NCBI GenBank assembly: GCA_964410365.1
Contig: CAYPGB010000011.1
Location: 1,960 to 65,959, forward strand
DNA: 64,000 nt
Direction of reading: 5' to 3'
DNA from: an uncultured Treponema sp.
GTDB lineage: Bacteria; Spirochaetota; Spirochaetia; Treponematales; Treponemataceae
Shown here: piece by piece, positions 25,609 to 34,248 of the stretch
Layout: each line of letters starts with the position of its first letter
Position numbering within the stretch: the stretch's first letter is position 1
Position numbers and translations under genes: made by a program
The notes under the pieces: generated by a model
Databases searched by the model: none
The model's input: the letters and a program-made list of their open reading frames with translations, nothing else
What the model was told of the DNA's origin: nothing

Positions 25609-27615
25609 TTAATCAGATAAAGAAAATTCAAAAGGTGCAGCTGGTAAGTCTGATTCAGAATAAAGACAAACTGAACTTGGACTATCAGCCCACAAATATC
25701 TAACTTTTAAAAGTTTTCCTTTTTGATTTGGAAGACTAATTTCAATCTCATTTTTAGAAATCAATTCACCAAAAACTTCAACAATTTTAAAATCATCATT
25801 ATTTTTATAAATTAAACTAAAGCCTGGAATTTGTGATTTTGAATTGCAATATTTTTCCACAAGATTAGAATTTCCACAATCAAAAGTGATTTTTAGTTTA
25901 TTTTCTATTTTTTGAGTTTTTATTGCTTTTGGAGAAAATGATTTTTCTTTTTGATATGCAATTCTCAACGCTTCTAATGCACATCTTGTTCCCACTGTAT
26001 ATTTTTTTTCAGGATGCAAATCATTCCATTCTCCAACGTCAATTGTTACGGCAAGTCCGACATTTTTACAAGATTCTGCAACTTGAGATTGAATTTGTCG
26101 CATTAAAGCCCATTCACTCTTTATGGTAGAATTTTCTTCGTTATGACCATCACTCCAATTAGGAAGTTGAACCACAACAAAAGGCATTTCTTGTTTTGAA
26201 TAAACAAATTTTTTACGCCAAAGTTCAATCATTGTTTTGAGCATATCTTTATATTCTAATGCTCGTCCAGCATCACTTTCTCCTTGATACCACAATGCTC
26301 CCGAAATTGCATAATTAAAACATGGTGCAAGCATTGCGTTGTAAAGAGCCGTTGGAACCCATTCAAAAAACATTCCTTGAGGAGCATCTTCGACAATTGC
26401 ACCAATTCTCATTTTCCAAGTTCCTTCAAGATTTATAAATTCTGCATTTTTTGGTAAAGATGATTCGTCAAAATTTTCTTGTTTTTCGATATTTCTACAC
26501 GCAACTGGAGAAACTTTTATATTATCTGTAAAAAGGCAATAAGGTTTTTCTTTATAAAAACGAATTTTTCCAAATTTTGAATTTTTTTGAACTCTTATGG
26601 TGATTGTATTTTTTCCTTCAACCAAAATTCCTTTAGGAACGACATATCTTCTTGGTGGATAACTATAATAAGTTACGCCAACTTCAACTCCATTTACATA
26701 AGTTTTATCAGCGTCAATAATTGTTCCTAGCCAAAGATTTGTTTTTGTCGCATTAAAATTTTCAACTTGTTTTTGAGTTAAGATTATTTCTTTTTTTAGC
26801 CAGACAATTCCCGCAGATTCAAAATCGTTTATGTATTCTGGAATTGTAATTTCTGTCCAAGAATTTTGAATATCACCAAAAGTAAGATTTGCCCAATTTT
26901 CTTTAATTCCTTTATCAGAATTCCAAAGTTCGTTATCCCATTTTTTTTGATTTTCTGCGAGTGATTTTTGTTTTTCTTCTATATTTTTAGGATTTTCCCA
27001 TTTTTGAAGTTCTTCAAGATTTTGTGTTTTATTTAAAGATTGAAGGCTTTCTTTATTCATCCAAGAAGAGATTGGAGAACCTCCTTGACTTGCATTGATT
27101 ATTCCTACGGGAACTTTTAATTCTTGAGAAAGTTTTTTTGCAAAAAAATATGCAGTTCCAGACATTTCTCCAAGATTTTGTGAGTTTGCACATTTCCAAG
27201 TTGGATTTTCTACAAAATCTTGTTCTCCATCAAAACTCCAAGCAATAGGAATTGTAATCATTCTGATATTATCATTTTGAGGAAGTAAAAATTCTTCAGG
27301 ATAAGAAAATTTCATTCGTTCCATTGGAAGTTGAGCGTTTGATTGTCCAGAACTTACCCAAACTTCGCCAACGTAAACATCGCTAAAAATGATTTTTTCA
27401 GTTTTTGTAAAAATTTCTATTTCAAAAGGTCCGCCAGCATTTCCACTTTCAAATTCAATTTTCCATTCTCCCAATTTGTTTGATTTTGTAGAAAATGTTT
27501 GATTTTTAAATTTGAGAGAGATTTCTTTTTCAGAATCGCTTGTTCCAAAAATACAGTTTATAGTTTTTTGTTGAAGAACCATTCCAGAAGCATAAATTCC
27601 TTTAGTTTTTAACAT
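25609..27615 (-). CDS. sialate O-acetylesterase-like (SASA/DUF303) carbohydrate esterase
   Basis: GQSNA nucleophile block, WYQGESD, central beta-sandwich-like insert. The ATG at 27615 follows GGGAGAA; an alternative start is at 27627. No signal peptide. Confidence 0.75.
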   Translation of the reverse strand: MLKTKGIYASGMVLQQKTINCIFGTSDSEKEISLKFKNQTFSTKSNKLGEWKIEFESGNAGGPFEIEIFTKTEKIIFSDVYVGEVWVSSGQSNAQLPMERMKFSYPEEFLLPQNDNIRMITIPIAWSFDGEQDFVENPTWKCANSQNLGEMSGTAYFFAKKLSQELKVPVGIINASQGGSPISSWMNKESLQSLNKTQNLEELQKWENPKNIEEKQKSLAENQKKWDNELWNSDKGIKENWANLTFGDIQNSWTEITIPEYINDFESAGIVWLKKEIILTQKQVENFNATKTNLWLGTIIDADKTYVNGVEVGVTYYSYPPRRYVVPKGILVEGKNTITIRVQKNSKFGKIRFYKEKPYCLFTDNIKVSPVACRNIEKQENFDESSLPKNAEFINLEGTWKMRIGAIVEDAPQGMFFEWVPTALYNAMLAPCFNYAISGALWYQGESDAGRALEYKDMLKTMIELWRKKFVYSKQEMPFVVVQLPNWSDGHNEENSTIKSEWALMRQIQSQVAESCKNVGLAVTIDVGEWNDLHPEKKYTVGTRCALEALRIAYQKEKSFSPKAIKTQKIENKLKITFDCGNSNLVEKYCNSKSQIPGFSLIYKNNDDFKIVEVFGELISKNEIEISLPNQKGKLLKVRYLWADSPSSVCLYSESDLPAAPFEFSLSD

Positions 27616-27680
27616 ATTTTCTCCCATAAGAATTAATCAGTCCAAAAGTTATTATCAAACTCTTTCCAATAATTTTTTAA

Positions 27681-27744
27681 ATTGTCATTAGGCTTGATTT
27701 GATAATCTTTTGAAATTTGTCATTATTAGGCTTGACCCGATAGG
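27681..27744 (-). repeat. two decayed tandem copies of the 3'-end stem-loop family
   Basis: Plus strand 27681-27707 is ATTGTCATTAGGCTTGATTTGATAATC. Plus strand 27716-27744 is TTTGTCATTATTAGGCTTGACCCGATAGG. Flanks and loop are kept but stem complementarity is partly lost. They lie 22 nt after the GH43 stop. Confidence 0.6.
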
Positions 27745-27765
27745 AGCACTAATCTTTTTTCAATT

Positions 27766-29382
27766 TTATTTATCTATCCAAATTCGAGAAGTGTCTTCAT
27801 ATCTGAAAAAATCAAAATCTGCATAGAATTTTTCTTTTGAATCTTTACTTCCACAAATTGCAAACATTCCAATTACAGTTCCAACAAATCCTCCAGCTTT
27901 TTCTACACTTAAAATTGTTCCATCAACTTTTTCTGCAATAACTTTCAAATTTCTTTCATCATATCCAAATTCAAAATAAAGTTGTTGTTTTTCTGCGACA
28001 ACTCTTAAAACTCCAGAAAATTCTTTTGTTCCACCGTCTAAAACTTCTTCTTTTAAAATTTCAGGTTCTTTTCCACAATTTTTTATAAGTTGAAGAACAA
28101 TGACTTTTCCTCTTAAAATAAGTTGAAATTTGTAGTTAAAATTTTCATTTTGAAAACAAACTAATCCGGCACAATCGCCATCTTTTTCAAAATGAATATT
28201 TATTCCACAAGCGGCTTCATAACAAAATCCTGTTTGACGACGAACAATCATATTTACATCTTTGTTTGAATTTAAATCATCTCCACCATAAATGCGAAGA
28301 TTTCCTGGATTTTCTTTTAAATTGTAAAATGAATTGTCTAATCTTCTTAAACCGAGCCAATAATATGCTAATTGCTCTTCGTTAAAATCATCGATTGAAG
28401 GAAAAACGATTGTATTTGGGTCGTCACTTGTTCTTTTTACGACATTTCCAAAAAGAGAGTAGGCATTTTCTACAAGACCAGTTTCCCAACTTACAACTGG
28501 CCAATCATCTTCCCATTTTACAGGAACCATAAAAGTTTCTCTTCCCAAATTGCAATATCGTTCTCCATTTTCGCCGTAAGGTCGGGAAGCAAGACAAACC
28601 ATCCACCAACGTTTGTTATTATCTTGAAATAAATCTGCGTGACCAACATAAACTACACCAGCATTTTTTCCTAAATGTCGATGAGTTAAAATCGGATTAG
28701 ATTTTTTTCCAACCCATTCTCCATCAATTTTTTCGCTACGAGCAACACAAACTGCATGGTCTGGACCTGTTCCACCTTCTGCGTGAATTAAATAATATTT
28801 TCCATTTATTTTATAAATATGAGGACCTTCTGGCCAAACGCAATCTTTTAATGCTCCTCTCCAAATGCCTTTTGATTTTTCAAGAAGTTTTCCAGTTTTT
28901 ATATCAATTTTTTGAATCCAAATTTCCCAATTTCCATCATATTTACAACCTTCTGGAGCCGGACGAGTTCCAATATACCAAGCAGTTCCGTCATCATCAA
29001 AAAATAATGATGGGTCAATTCCTTCTGCCCCTTGAATTTGAATTGGATTTGACCAAGGACCTTCTGGAGAATCTGCGGAAACTAAAAAATTACCAATTTT
29101 ATCAACTTGAGTACAAACACAGTAAAATTTATTGTTATAAAATCTGATTGTTGGTGCAAAAAGTCCGCGTGAAACTGTTGCTCTAGAAAAATCAAGTTGT
29201 TCTTTTCTGTCAATAATATTTCCAATTTGTTCCCAATGAACACAATCCGTAGATTTAAAAATTGGGAGTCCTGGAAAATAAGAAAAAGTTGAATTTACAA
29301 GATAAAATGCTCCGTTTGCAGCACAAATAGAAGGATCTGGATAAAAACCAGGCAAAATTGGATTGATAATTTTTGAACTCAT
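27766..29382 (-). CDS. glycoside hydrolase family 43 (beta-xylosidase/alpha-L-arabinofuranosidase-like) with C-terminal beta-sandwich domain
   Basis: N-terminus NPILPGFYPDPSI, catalytic-region blocks FAPTIR and WPEGPH. 538 aa, as in XynB-type GH43 enzymes. Confidence 0.85.
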   Translation of the reverse strand: MSSKIINPILPGFYPDPSICAANGAFYLVNSTFSYFPGLPIFKSTDCVHWEQIGNIIDRKEQLDFSRATVSRGLFAPTIRFYNNKFYCVCTQVDKIGNFLVSADSPEGPWSNPIQIQGAEGIDPSLFFDDDGTAWYIGTRPAPEGCKYDGNWEIWIQKIDIKTGKLLEKSKGIWRGALKDCVWPEGPHIYKINGKYYLIHAEGGTGPDHAVCVARSEKIDGEWVGKKSNPILTHRHLGKNAGVVYVGHADLFQDNNKRWWMVCLASRPYGENGERYCNLGRETFMVPVKWEDDWPVVSWETGLVENAYSLFGNVVKRTSDDPNTIVFPSIDDFNEEQLAYYWLGLRRLDNSFYNLKENPGNLRIYGGDDLNSNKDVNMIVRRQTGFCYEAACGINIHFEKDGDCAGLVCFQNENFNYKFQLILRGKVIVLQLIKNCGKEPEILKEEVLDGGTKEFSGVLRVVAEKQQLYFEFGYDERNLKVIAEKVDGTILSVEKAGGFVGTVIGMFAICGSKDSKEKFYADFDFFRYEDTSRIWIDK

Positions 29383-29507
29383 AATTTTATTATAATTTAT
29401 GGAAAAATATTTTGATATAAGAAAAAAGCACTAAAAAAAAGCGATGAATTTTATAAATTTTAATAATAATATTGTTTTATTGGATTTTTTTCGTTACTAT
29501 TAAAAAT

Positions 29508-30137
29508 ATGAAACTTTCCGATAAATTTACATTTGTAAGAATTATTTTTGCTCCAATTTTTGTTCTACTTTATTTTATTCCAATTTGGCTAAAATCAACT
29601 CAAATTAGTCCAGAAAATTTAAAGATGATTGCGTCTATTTTGATGTTTGTAACAATTCCTCTTTTATTATTTGCTGAATTTACGGATTATTTAGATGGAC
29701 ATTATGCACGAAAACATAATGAAGTTACTGATTTTGGAAAGTTGTTTGACCCATTTGCCGATGTAATTCTGCATCTTACAACTATGATTTGTTATATGTT
29801 TACTTTTGGCGATTTTGGTGGATATATTTTACCAGTTCTTTTTATGTTAATTATGATTCGAGAATTTTCTCAGAATTTTTTAAGAATGGTTGCTGCAAAA
29901 AATGGAATTGCAATTGGTGCAAGAAAAGGCGGAAAAGTAAAAACAGTTTTCTACATCTTTTCAGGATTTTTTGCACTTTTTCTTGAATTTTTAGTTCGCA
30001 CAGATTTAGTTCCAGAATGTTTTTCTATATTAAAAATAATTTCTACAGTTATGTGGATTATTTGTGTTGTTTTAAGTTATGCTTCTTTTATAGATTATTT
30101 AATTCATTTTGGAAAAGTTTTTAAAGAAACAAATTAA
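29508..30137 (+). CDS. CDP-alcohol phosphatidyltransferase (PgsA-like)
   Basis: Complete signature DYLDGHYAR-x8-GKLFDPFAD. Multi-TM. Start moved to ATG 29508; the track start is TTG. Confidence 0.8.
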   Translation: MKLSDKFTFVRIIFAPIFVLLYFIPIWLKSTQISPENLKMIASILMFVTIPLLLFAEFTDYLDGHYARKHNEVTDFGKLFDPFADVILHLTTMICYMFTFGDFGGYILPVLFMLIMIREFSQNFLRMVAAKNGIAIGARKGGKVKTVFYIFSGFFALFLEFLVRTDLVPECFSILKIISTVMWIICVVLSYASFIDYLIHFGKVFKETN

Positions 30138-30157
30138 AATTTTATTATTTAAAAATA

Positions 30158-30206
30158 TAAAAAAAAGAGGAAGAAAATCTCAAAATTCAAGATTTATCTT
30201 CCTCTT
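30158..30206 (-). terminator. intrinsic terminator of hsp20
   Basis: AAGAGGAAGA (30165-30174) pairs with TCTTCCTCTT (30197-30206). The A-run at 30158-30166 is a U-tract on the minus strand. Confidence 0.7.
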
Positions 30207-30212
30207 AAAATA

Positions 30213-30632
30213 TTAACATGCTTCAATTGCAATTTTCTTTGAAGATGCTTCTGGTTTTTTAATCATATTCACAGTCAAAATGCCGTTTTTGAAATTAGCA
30301 GAAATTTTTTCTGAATCTACATCTTTTGGTAATGCAAAACGTCTTTCAAATTTAGAGAAGTTTCGTTCCTTTAAGATGTATTTTTCATTTTTAGAATCTT
30401 TCTTTTCATCTTTTGTTTCTTCATTTTTTGAAGAAATTGTAAGATTTCCATGATTTAGTTCAATTTCAACATCTTTTTCTGTTTTTCCTGGCAATTCCAT
30501 TTCAAGTGTGTATGCATTTTCATTTTCTTTTACATCAACTTTTGGATTTGCGTAGTTTGAATATACCTTGTAAGAATTTGTATTGTCCATAATTTCGTTG
30601 AACAATGAATTTAATAATGAAAGTTCGTTCAT
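30213..30632 (-). CDS. Hsp20/alpha-crystallin small heat-shock protein
   Basis: 139 aa. VDVKENENAYTLEMELPG ... FERRFALP ... NGILTV alpha-crystallin core. Confidence 0.9.
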   Translation of the reverse strand: MNELSLLNSLFNEIMDNTNSYKVYSNYANPKVDVKENENAYTLEMELPGKTEKDVEIELNHGNLTISSKNEETKDEKKDSKNEKYILKERNFSKFERRFALPKDVDSEKISANFKNGILTVNMIKKPEASSKKIAIEAC

Positions 30633-30799
30633 AATTTGCCTCCAAATAATTTGTTTTCATAAAATATATAGCAATTTTTATGCCAAGTTAGAAGAAATTC
30701 TAAAAAAAGATGATTTTTTTTGTAAATTAATTAAAAAAAAATGATTTATGAAAAAAAATCTGCGTGATTTGTAAGAATTTTTTTAAATTTACTTGCAAA

Positions 30800-30905
30800 T
30801 GCACTTGCTCCGAGAATTGAGTAGCACGAAGTGGCCACCGCAACGAAGTGAGGAGGCTGAGCGTTAGCGAACTATGAAATGCGAGTTGGTGAAAAGATGA
30901 GCCAA
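30800..30905. repeat. GC-rich island B, inverted homologue of island A
   Basis: GCACGAAGTGGCCACCGCAACGAAGTGAGGAGGCTGAGCG at 30824-30863 matches the reverse complement of 20997-21038. Confidence 0.8.
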
Positions 30906-30915
30906 AATGCTACAT

Positions 30916-32271
30916 TTATTTACTAAAAACTGTTTTTATCAGTGATTTTATGTCGCAAACTGAAGTTACATCAGAATCTTTTTCATTAGAAATGACACAA
31001 TTTAAACCAAAATTTTTTGCTGCTTTTATTCTTTGTTTTGATTTTCCTACAGGACGGATTTCTCCAGCAAGACTTAATTCTCCAAAAACGGATATTTCTG
31101 ATGAAACTTGTAAATCTGTTCTTGCTGAATAAAGTGCAACTGCAATTGCCGCATCAATCGAACTTTCGTTTAATTTTATTCCACCCGCCACATTTACATA
31201 AATATCTTGGTCGCTAAAAACAATTCCGCAACGTTTTTCTAAAACTGCCGCAATTCGAGCAACTCTTCCAGAATCTATTTTTTCACTATAAATTCTAGAA
31301 ATTGATGCTTTTGCAGAAACTGTTAACGCCTGAATTTCCACTATAAAAACACGACTTCCTTCAAAAACTGGCGTGCAACAAACTCCTGCCGGTTGAATTC
31401 CATTTCTTTTTGTTATAAAAAGTGATGATGGATTTTCTACCGCACTTAAGCCATTTTCATCCATAGAAAAAATTCCTAATTCATCTACAGAGCCAAATCT
31501 ATTTTTTAATGCGTGTAAAAATCTTATATCATCATTATTTCGTTCAAAAGAAATTACTGTATCGACCATGTGTTCTAAAGATTTTGGACCCGCAATTGTT
31601 CCTTCTTTTGTTACGTGAGCAGTCATAATTAAAACAGAATCTCTTTCTTTTACCCAAGTGATAAATTCGTTTGCACAATATTTTAATTGATTTATTGTTC
31701 CTGGAATGGCTCCTGCTTGAGCAGAATAAATTGTTTGAATGGAATCTACAACTATAAAACAAGGTTCTAAATTATCAAGAGCGTCTAAGGAATCTTCTAA
31801 TCGAGAAGTGCAGAGAAGTTGAATCTTTGAGCAATCGATTTTTAATCTTTCAGCCCGTTCTTTTATTTGTTCAGCAGATTCTTCTCCGCTGATGTAAAGA
31901 ATATTTTTATCAGTTTTTGCTGAAAATCCAGAAATGGCTTGTAAAAGTAAAGTGGATTTTCCAATTCCAGGTTCTCCTCCAAGTAAAATGACAGAACGTT
32001 TTGTTGCTCCTCCGCCTAGAACTCTATCAAATTCGTTAATTCCTGTAAAAATTCGTGTATTTTCCAAAGCTTTTACGCTTGATAAATTTACAGGTTTTGC
32101 TTTTTGAGATAATTCGCTTCCATTTCCTGCAGGAGAGATTTTATTTCTATCGATAATAATTTCTTCTAAAGAATTCCATTCGCCACATTCAGGACATCTT
32201 CCAAGCCAACGCGGTTGAGAATATCCACAATTTGAACATTTATACATTATTGTTCCATTTTTTTTTGCCAT
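30916..32271 (-). CDS. radA: DNA repair protein RadA/Sms
   Basis: N-terminal zinc ribbon CSNCGY..CPECGEW, Walker A GEPGIGKST, KNRFG motif, Lon-like C-terminal domain. Start taken at MAKKNGTIMYKC. Confidence 0.93.
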   Translation of the reverse strand: MAKKNGTIMYKCSNCGYSQPRWLGRCPECGEWNSLEEIIIDRNKISPAGNGSELSQKAKPVNLSSVKALENTRIFTGINEFDRVLGGGATKRSVILLGGEPGIGKSTLLLQAISGFSAKTDKNILYISGEESAEQIKERAERLKIDCSKIQLLCTSRLEDSLDALDNLEPCFIVVDSIQTIYSAQAGAIPGTINQLKYCANEFITWVKERDSVLIMTAHVTKEGTIAGPKSLEHMVDTVISFERNNDDIRFLHALKNRFGSVDELGIFSMDENGLSAVENPSSLFITKRNGIQPAGVCCTPVFEGSRVFIVEIQALTVSAKASISRIYSEKIDSGRVARIAAVLEKRCGIVFSDQDIYVNVAGGIKLNESSIDAAIAVALYSARTDLQVSSEISVFGELSLAGEIRPVGKSKQRIKAAKNFGLNCVISNEKDSDVTSVCDIKSLIKTVFSK

Positions 32272-32301
32272 AGAAATCTCCAAAATAAAATAAATAAAAT
32301 C

Positions 32302-32330
32302 TTGACCTTATTTTCATAATTTATTATATT
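32302..32330 (+). promoter_or_regulatory. sigma70-type promoter with no downstream plus-strand ORF
   Basis: TTGACC (32302-32307), 17-nt spacer, TATATT (32325-32330). Confidence 0.5.
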
Positions 32331-32336
32331 ATTTGT

Positions 32337-32432
32337 AGCTTATAAATAAGCTGATAAACTCTCTCCGATGTCCAGTAAAACTGGACGGCACGGTTCCCTT
32401 TTGTTTTACAGGTTGGGAATCGTGCTTTTTTT
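32337..32432 (+). ncRNA. candidate stand-alone small RNA, about 96 nt, with three hairpins and an intrinsic terminator
   Basis: AGCTTA/TAAGCT at 32337-32352. GTCCAG-taaaa-CTGGAC at 32370-32386. An 11-bp stem GCACGGTTCCC/GGGAATCGTGC at 32388-32425 followed by T7. Confidence 0.45.
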
Positions 32433-32525
32433 ATACAATCAGTTCCTTTTTTATTATTCTTATGTTTAAACCCAAAATCTAGTTTTCATTATTATTCTTG
32501 TCTTGAACACAAAAATTGACGACTA

Positions 32526-32554
32526 TTGTCATTATCGGGCTTGACCCGATAATC
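32526..32554 (-). repeat. 3'-end stem-loop family copy (minus sense): GATTATCGGG-TCAAG-CCCGATAATGAC
   Basis: Perfect 9-bp stem, 10 nt after the cysE stop. Confidence 0.8.
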
Positions 32555-32563
32555 TATTCTTAA

Positions 32564-33430
32564 TTATTTTGTTTGAGTGATTGTTGAATTTTCAGGAACA
32601 GATTTAGTAATCCAAGTGTTTCCTCCAATCACACTATTTCTTCCAATGATTGTGTTTCCGCCTAAAATAGTTGCATTTGCATAAATTGTTACATTATCTT
32701 CTATTGTTGGATGACGTTTTTTATCTTGGAGATTTTTTTGTACAGAAAGAGCTCCTAAAGTTACTCCTTGGTAGATTTTTACATTATTTCCGATTATACA
32801 AGTTTCTCCAATAACAACGCCGGTTCCATGGTCTATAAAAAAAGATTCACCAATTTTTGCACCAGGATGAATATCGATTCCTGTTTTTCCGTGTACATGT
32901 TCACTCATAATTCTTGGAATTATCGGAATACCATTTTTAAAAAGAAAATGAGCAATTCTGTAAACTAAAATCGCTTCTAAACCTGGATATGAAAGAATTA
33001 TTTCTTCTGGACTTTTTGCTGCTGGATCACCATTAAAACCTGCGATTGTATCAAGTTGAATTAATCTGCGAATTTCTGGAATTTCTTCTACAAGTGCAAA
33101 AGCGGCATCTTCTGCCAATTTAAAACAATATGATTGAGAAACATCATGATTTTCGCCTTTTACACGTGCTAATGTATATTTTAAAGTTTTTTGAATTTCT
33201 CTTGTAAGTCTAGCGATGATATTATTTACTTTTTGCCCTGTGATATAGCGTAAATTTTCTGGAGAAATATCTTCTGCTGTTCTAAAACCAGGAAAAACTA
33301 ATGATTGTAAATCTCCCAAAATAGAAACTACATTTTGTCGGCTTGGAAAATTTTCTTCTTTGTTTCTGTTTACAAAGCCGTATCTGTCGTAAGAATCTAA
33401 AATTCCATCAATTAGCATATCAATATTCAT
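32564..33430 (-). CDS. cysE: serine O-acetyltransferase
   Basis: N-terminal SATase helical domain, then left-handed beta-helix hexapeptide repeats (GTGVVIGETCIIGNNVKIYQGVTLG...). Confidence 0.88.
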   Translation of the reverse strand: MNIDMLIDGILDSYDRYGFVNRNKEENFPSRQNVVSILGDLQSLVFPGFRTAEDISPENLRYITGQKVNNIIARLTREIQKTLKYTLARVKGENHDVSQSYCFKLAEDAAFALVEEIPEIRRLIQLDTIAGFNGDPAAKSPEEIILSYPGLEAILVYRIAHFLFKNGIPIIPRIMSEHVHGKTGIDIHPGAKIGESFFIDHGTGVVIGETCIIGNNVKIYQGVTLGALSVQKNLQDKKRHPTIEDNVTIYANATILGGNTIIGRNSVIGGNTWITKSVPENSTITQTK

Positions 33431-33561
33431 AAAATCCTCAATTATTTTTCTTAGCAGAATGATTTTTTTTCAAAAAAACTATTTAAAAAGTATTAAAATT
33501 ACTATAATATGTAAAAACATAATAAACAAGAAGAATTTTTACAAATTTCGGATTGAATTTA

Positions 33562-33590
33562 TTGACATAAATCGTAACTTTATTTATAGT
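33562..33590 (+). promoter_or_regulatory. strong sigma70-type promoter ahead of tRNA-Thr/rpmG/tRNA-Trp/secE/nusG
   Basis: TTGACA (33562-33567), 17-nt spacer, TATAGT (33585-33590). 50 nt upstream of the tRNA. Confidence 0.6.
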
Positions 33591-33639
33591 CATAGAACGC
33601 ACGTTTTCTTTGACTTTGTGTCGAATACTGCAAAAGCAT

Positions 33640-33712
33640 GCCCCTGTAGCTCAGTTGGTAGAGCACCACATCGGTAATGTGGAGGTCTGCAGTCCGATTC
33701 TGCACATGGGCT
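33640..33712 (+). tRNA. tRNA-Thr (anticodon GGT) with atypical positions
   Basis: Cloverleaf: acceptor GCCCCTG/CATGGGC, D arm GCTC-AGTTGGTA-GAGC, anticodon arm CCACA-TCGGTAA-TGTGG, T arm TGCAG-TCCGATT-CTGCA. No encoded CCA. Confidence 0.75.
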
Positions 33713-33744
33713 TTAGAAAACCTTTATTTTTTCAGGAGTAAAAT

Positions 33745-33921
33745 ATGGGAAGCAAGAAAAAGGGAGCAGTAGAAATTATTGCTTTACAGTGTACAGAATG
33801 CAAACGAAAAAATTACACTACTTACAAAAACCGTAAAAATATTACTGGTAAATTAGAAAAAAATAAGTATTGTCCATTCTGTAAAAAAAGTATTCTTCAT
33901 AAAGAAACAAAAGCAAAATAA
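33745..33921 (+). CDS. rpmG: 50S ribosomal protein L33 (bL33), zinc-ribbon form
   Basis: 58-aa ORF, below the track cutoff: [64 protein letters not shown]. Lies between the two tRNAs. Confidence 0.9.
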   Translation: MGSKKKGAVEIIALQCTECKRKNYTTYKNRKNITGKLEKNKYCPFCKKSILHKETKAK

Positions 33922-33962
33922 AATTGATATTTAATTGGTGAATTTTCATCAATTTTATATAT

Positions 33963-34035
33963 AGGGCAGTAGTTCAGTTGGTAGAGCAGCGGTCTCCAAA
34001 ACCGCCTGTCGTGGGTTCAAGTCCTGCCTGCCCTG
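33963..34035 (+). tRNA. tRNA-Trp (anticodon CCA)
   Basis: AGGGCAG/CTGCCCT acceptor, anticodon loop CTCCAAA, T loop TTCAAGT. Canonical position before secE. Confidence 0.92.
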
Positions 34036-34056
34036 ATTTTTTTAAGGAAAAGTGTT

Positions 34057-34245
34057 ATGTCAAAAATAGTTCAATTTTTTAAAGAAAGTAAAGCAGAATT
34101 AAAAAAAGTTGTATGGCCTACAAAAGAAGATGTTTTATCTTCAATAAAGGTTGTAATTATTTCAACTGTTATAGTTGCATTAGTGCTTGGTTTTCTTGAT
34201 TTAGGTTTTTCATCACTATTCCGTTTGATTTTAAATTTGGTGTAA
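34057..34245 (+). CDS. secE: preprotein translocase subunit SecE
   Basis: 62 aa. KESKAELKKVVWPTKEDV followed by one TM helix. Position before nusG. Confidence 0.9.
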   Translation: MSKIVQFFKESKAELKKVVWPTKEDVLSSIKVVIISTVIVALVLGFLDLGFSSLFRLILNLV

Positions 34246-34248
34246 AAA

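Noticed and set aside
30633-30830. CIRCE (HrcA) operator upstream of hsp20
   Set aside because: GCACTTGCTC...GAGTAGCAC only loosely resembles TTAGCACTC-N9-GAGTGCTAA. It belongs to GC-rich island B rather than to a clean inverted repeat.
33459-33677. 72-aa ORF upstream of and overlapping tRNA-Thr
   Set aside because: It runs through the promoter and into the tRNA gene, so it is a chance AT-rich open frame.
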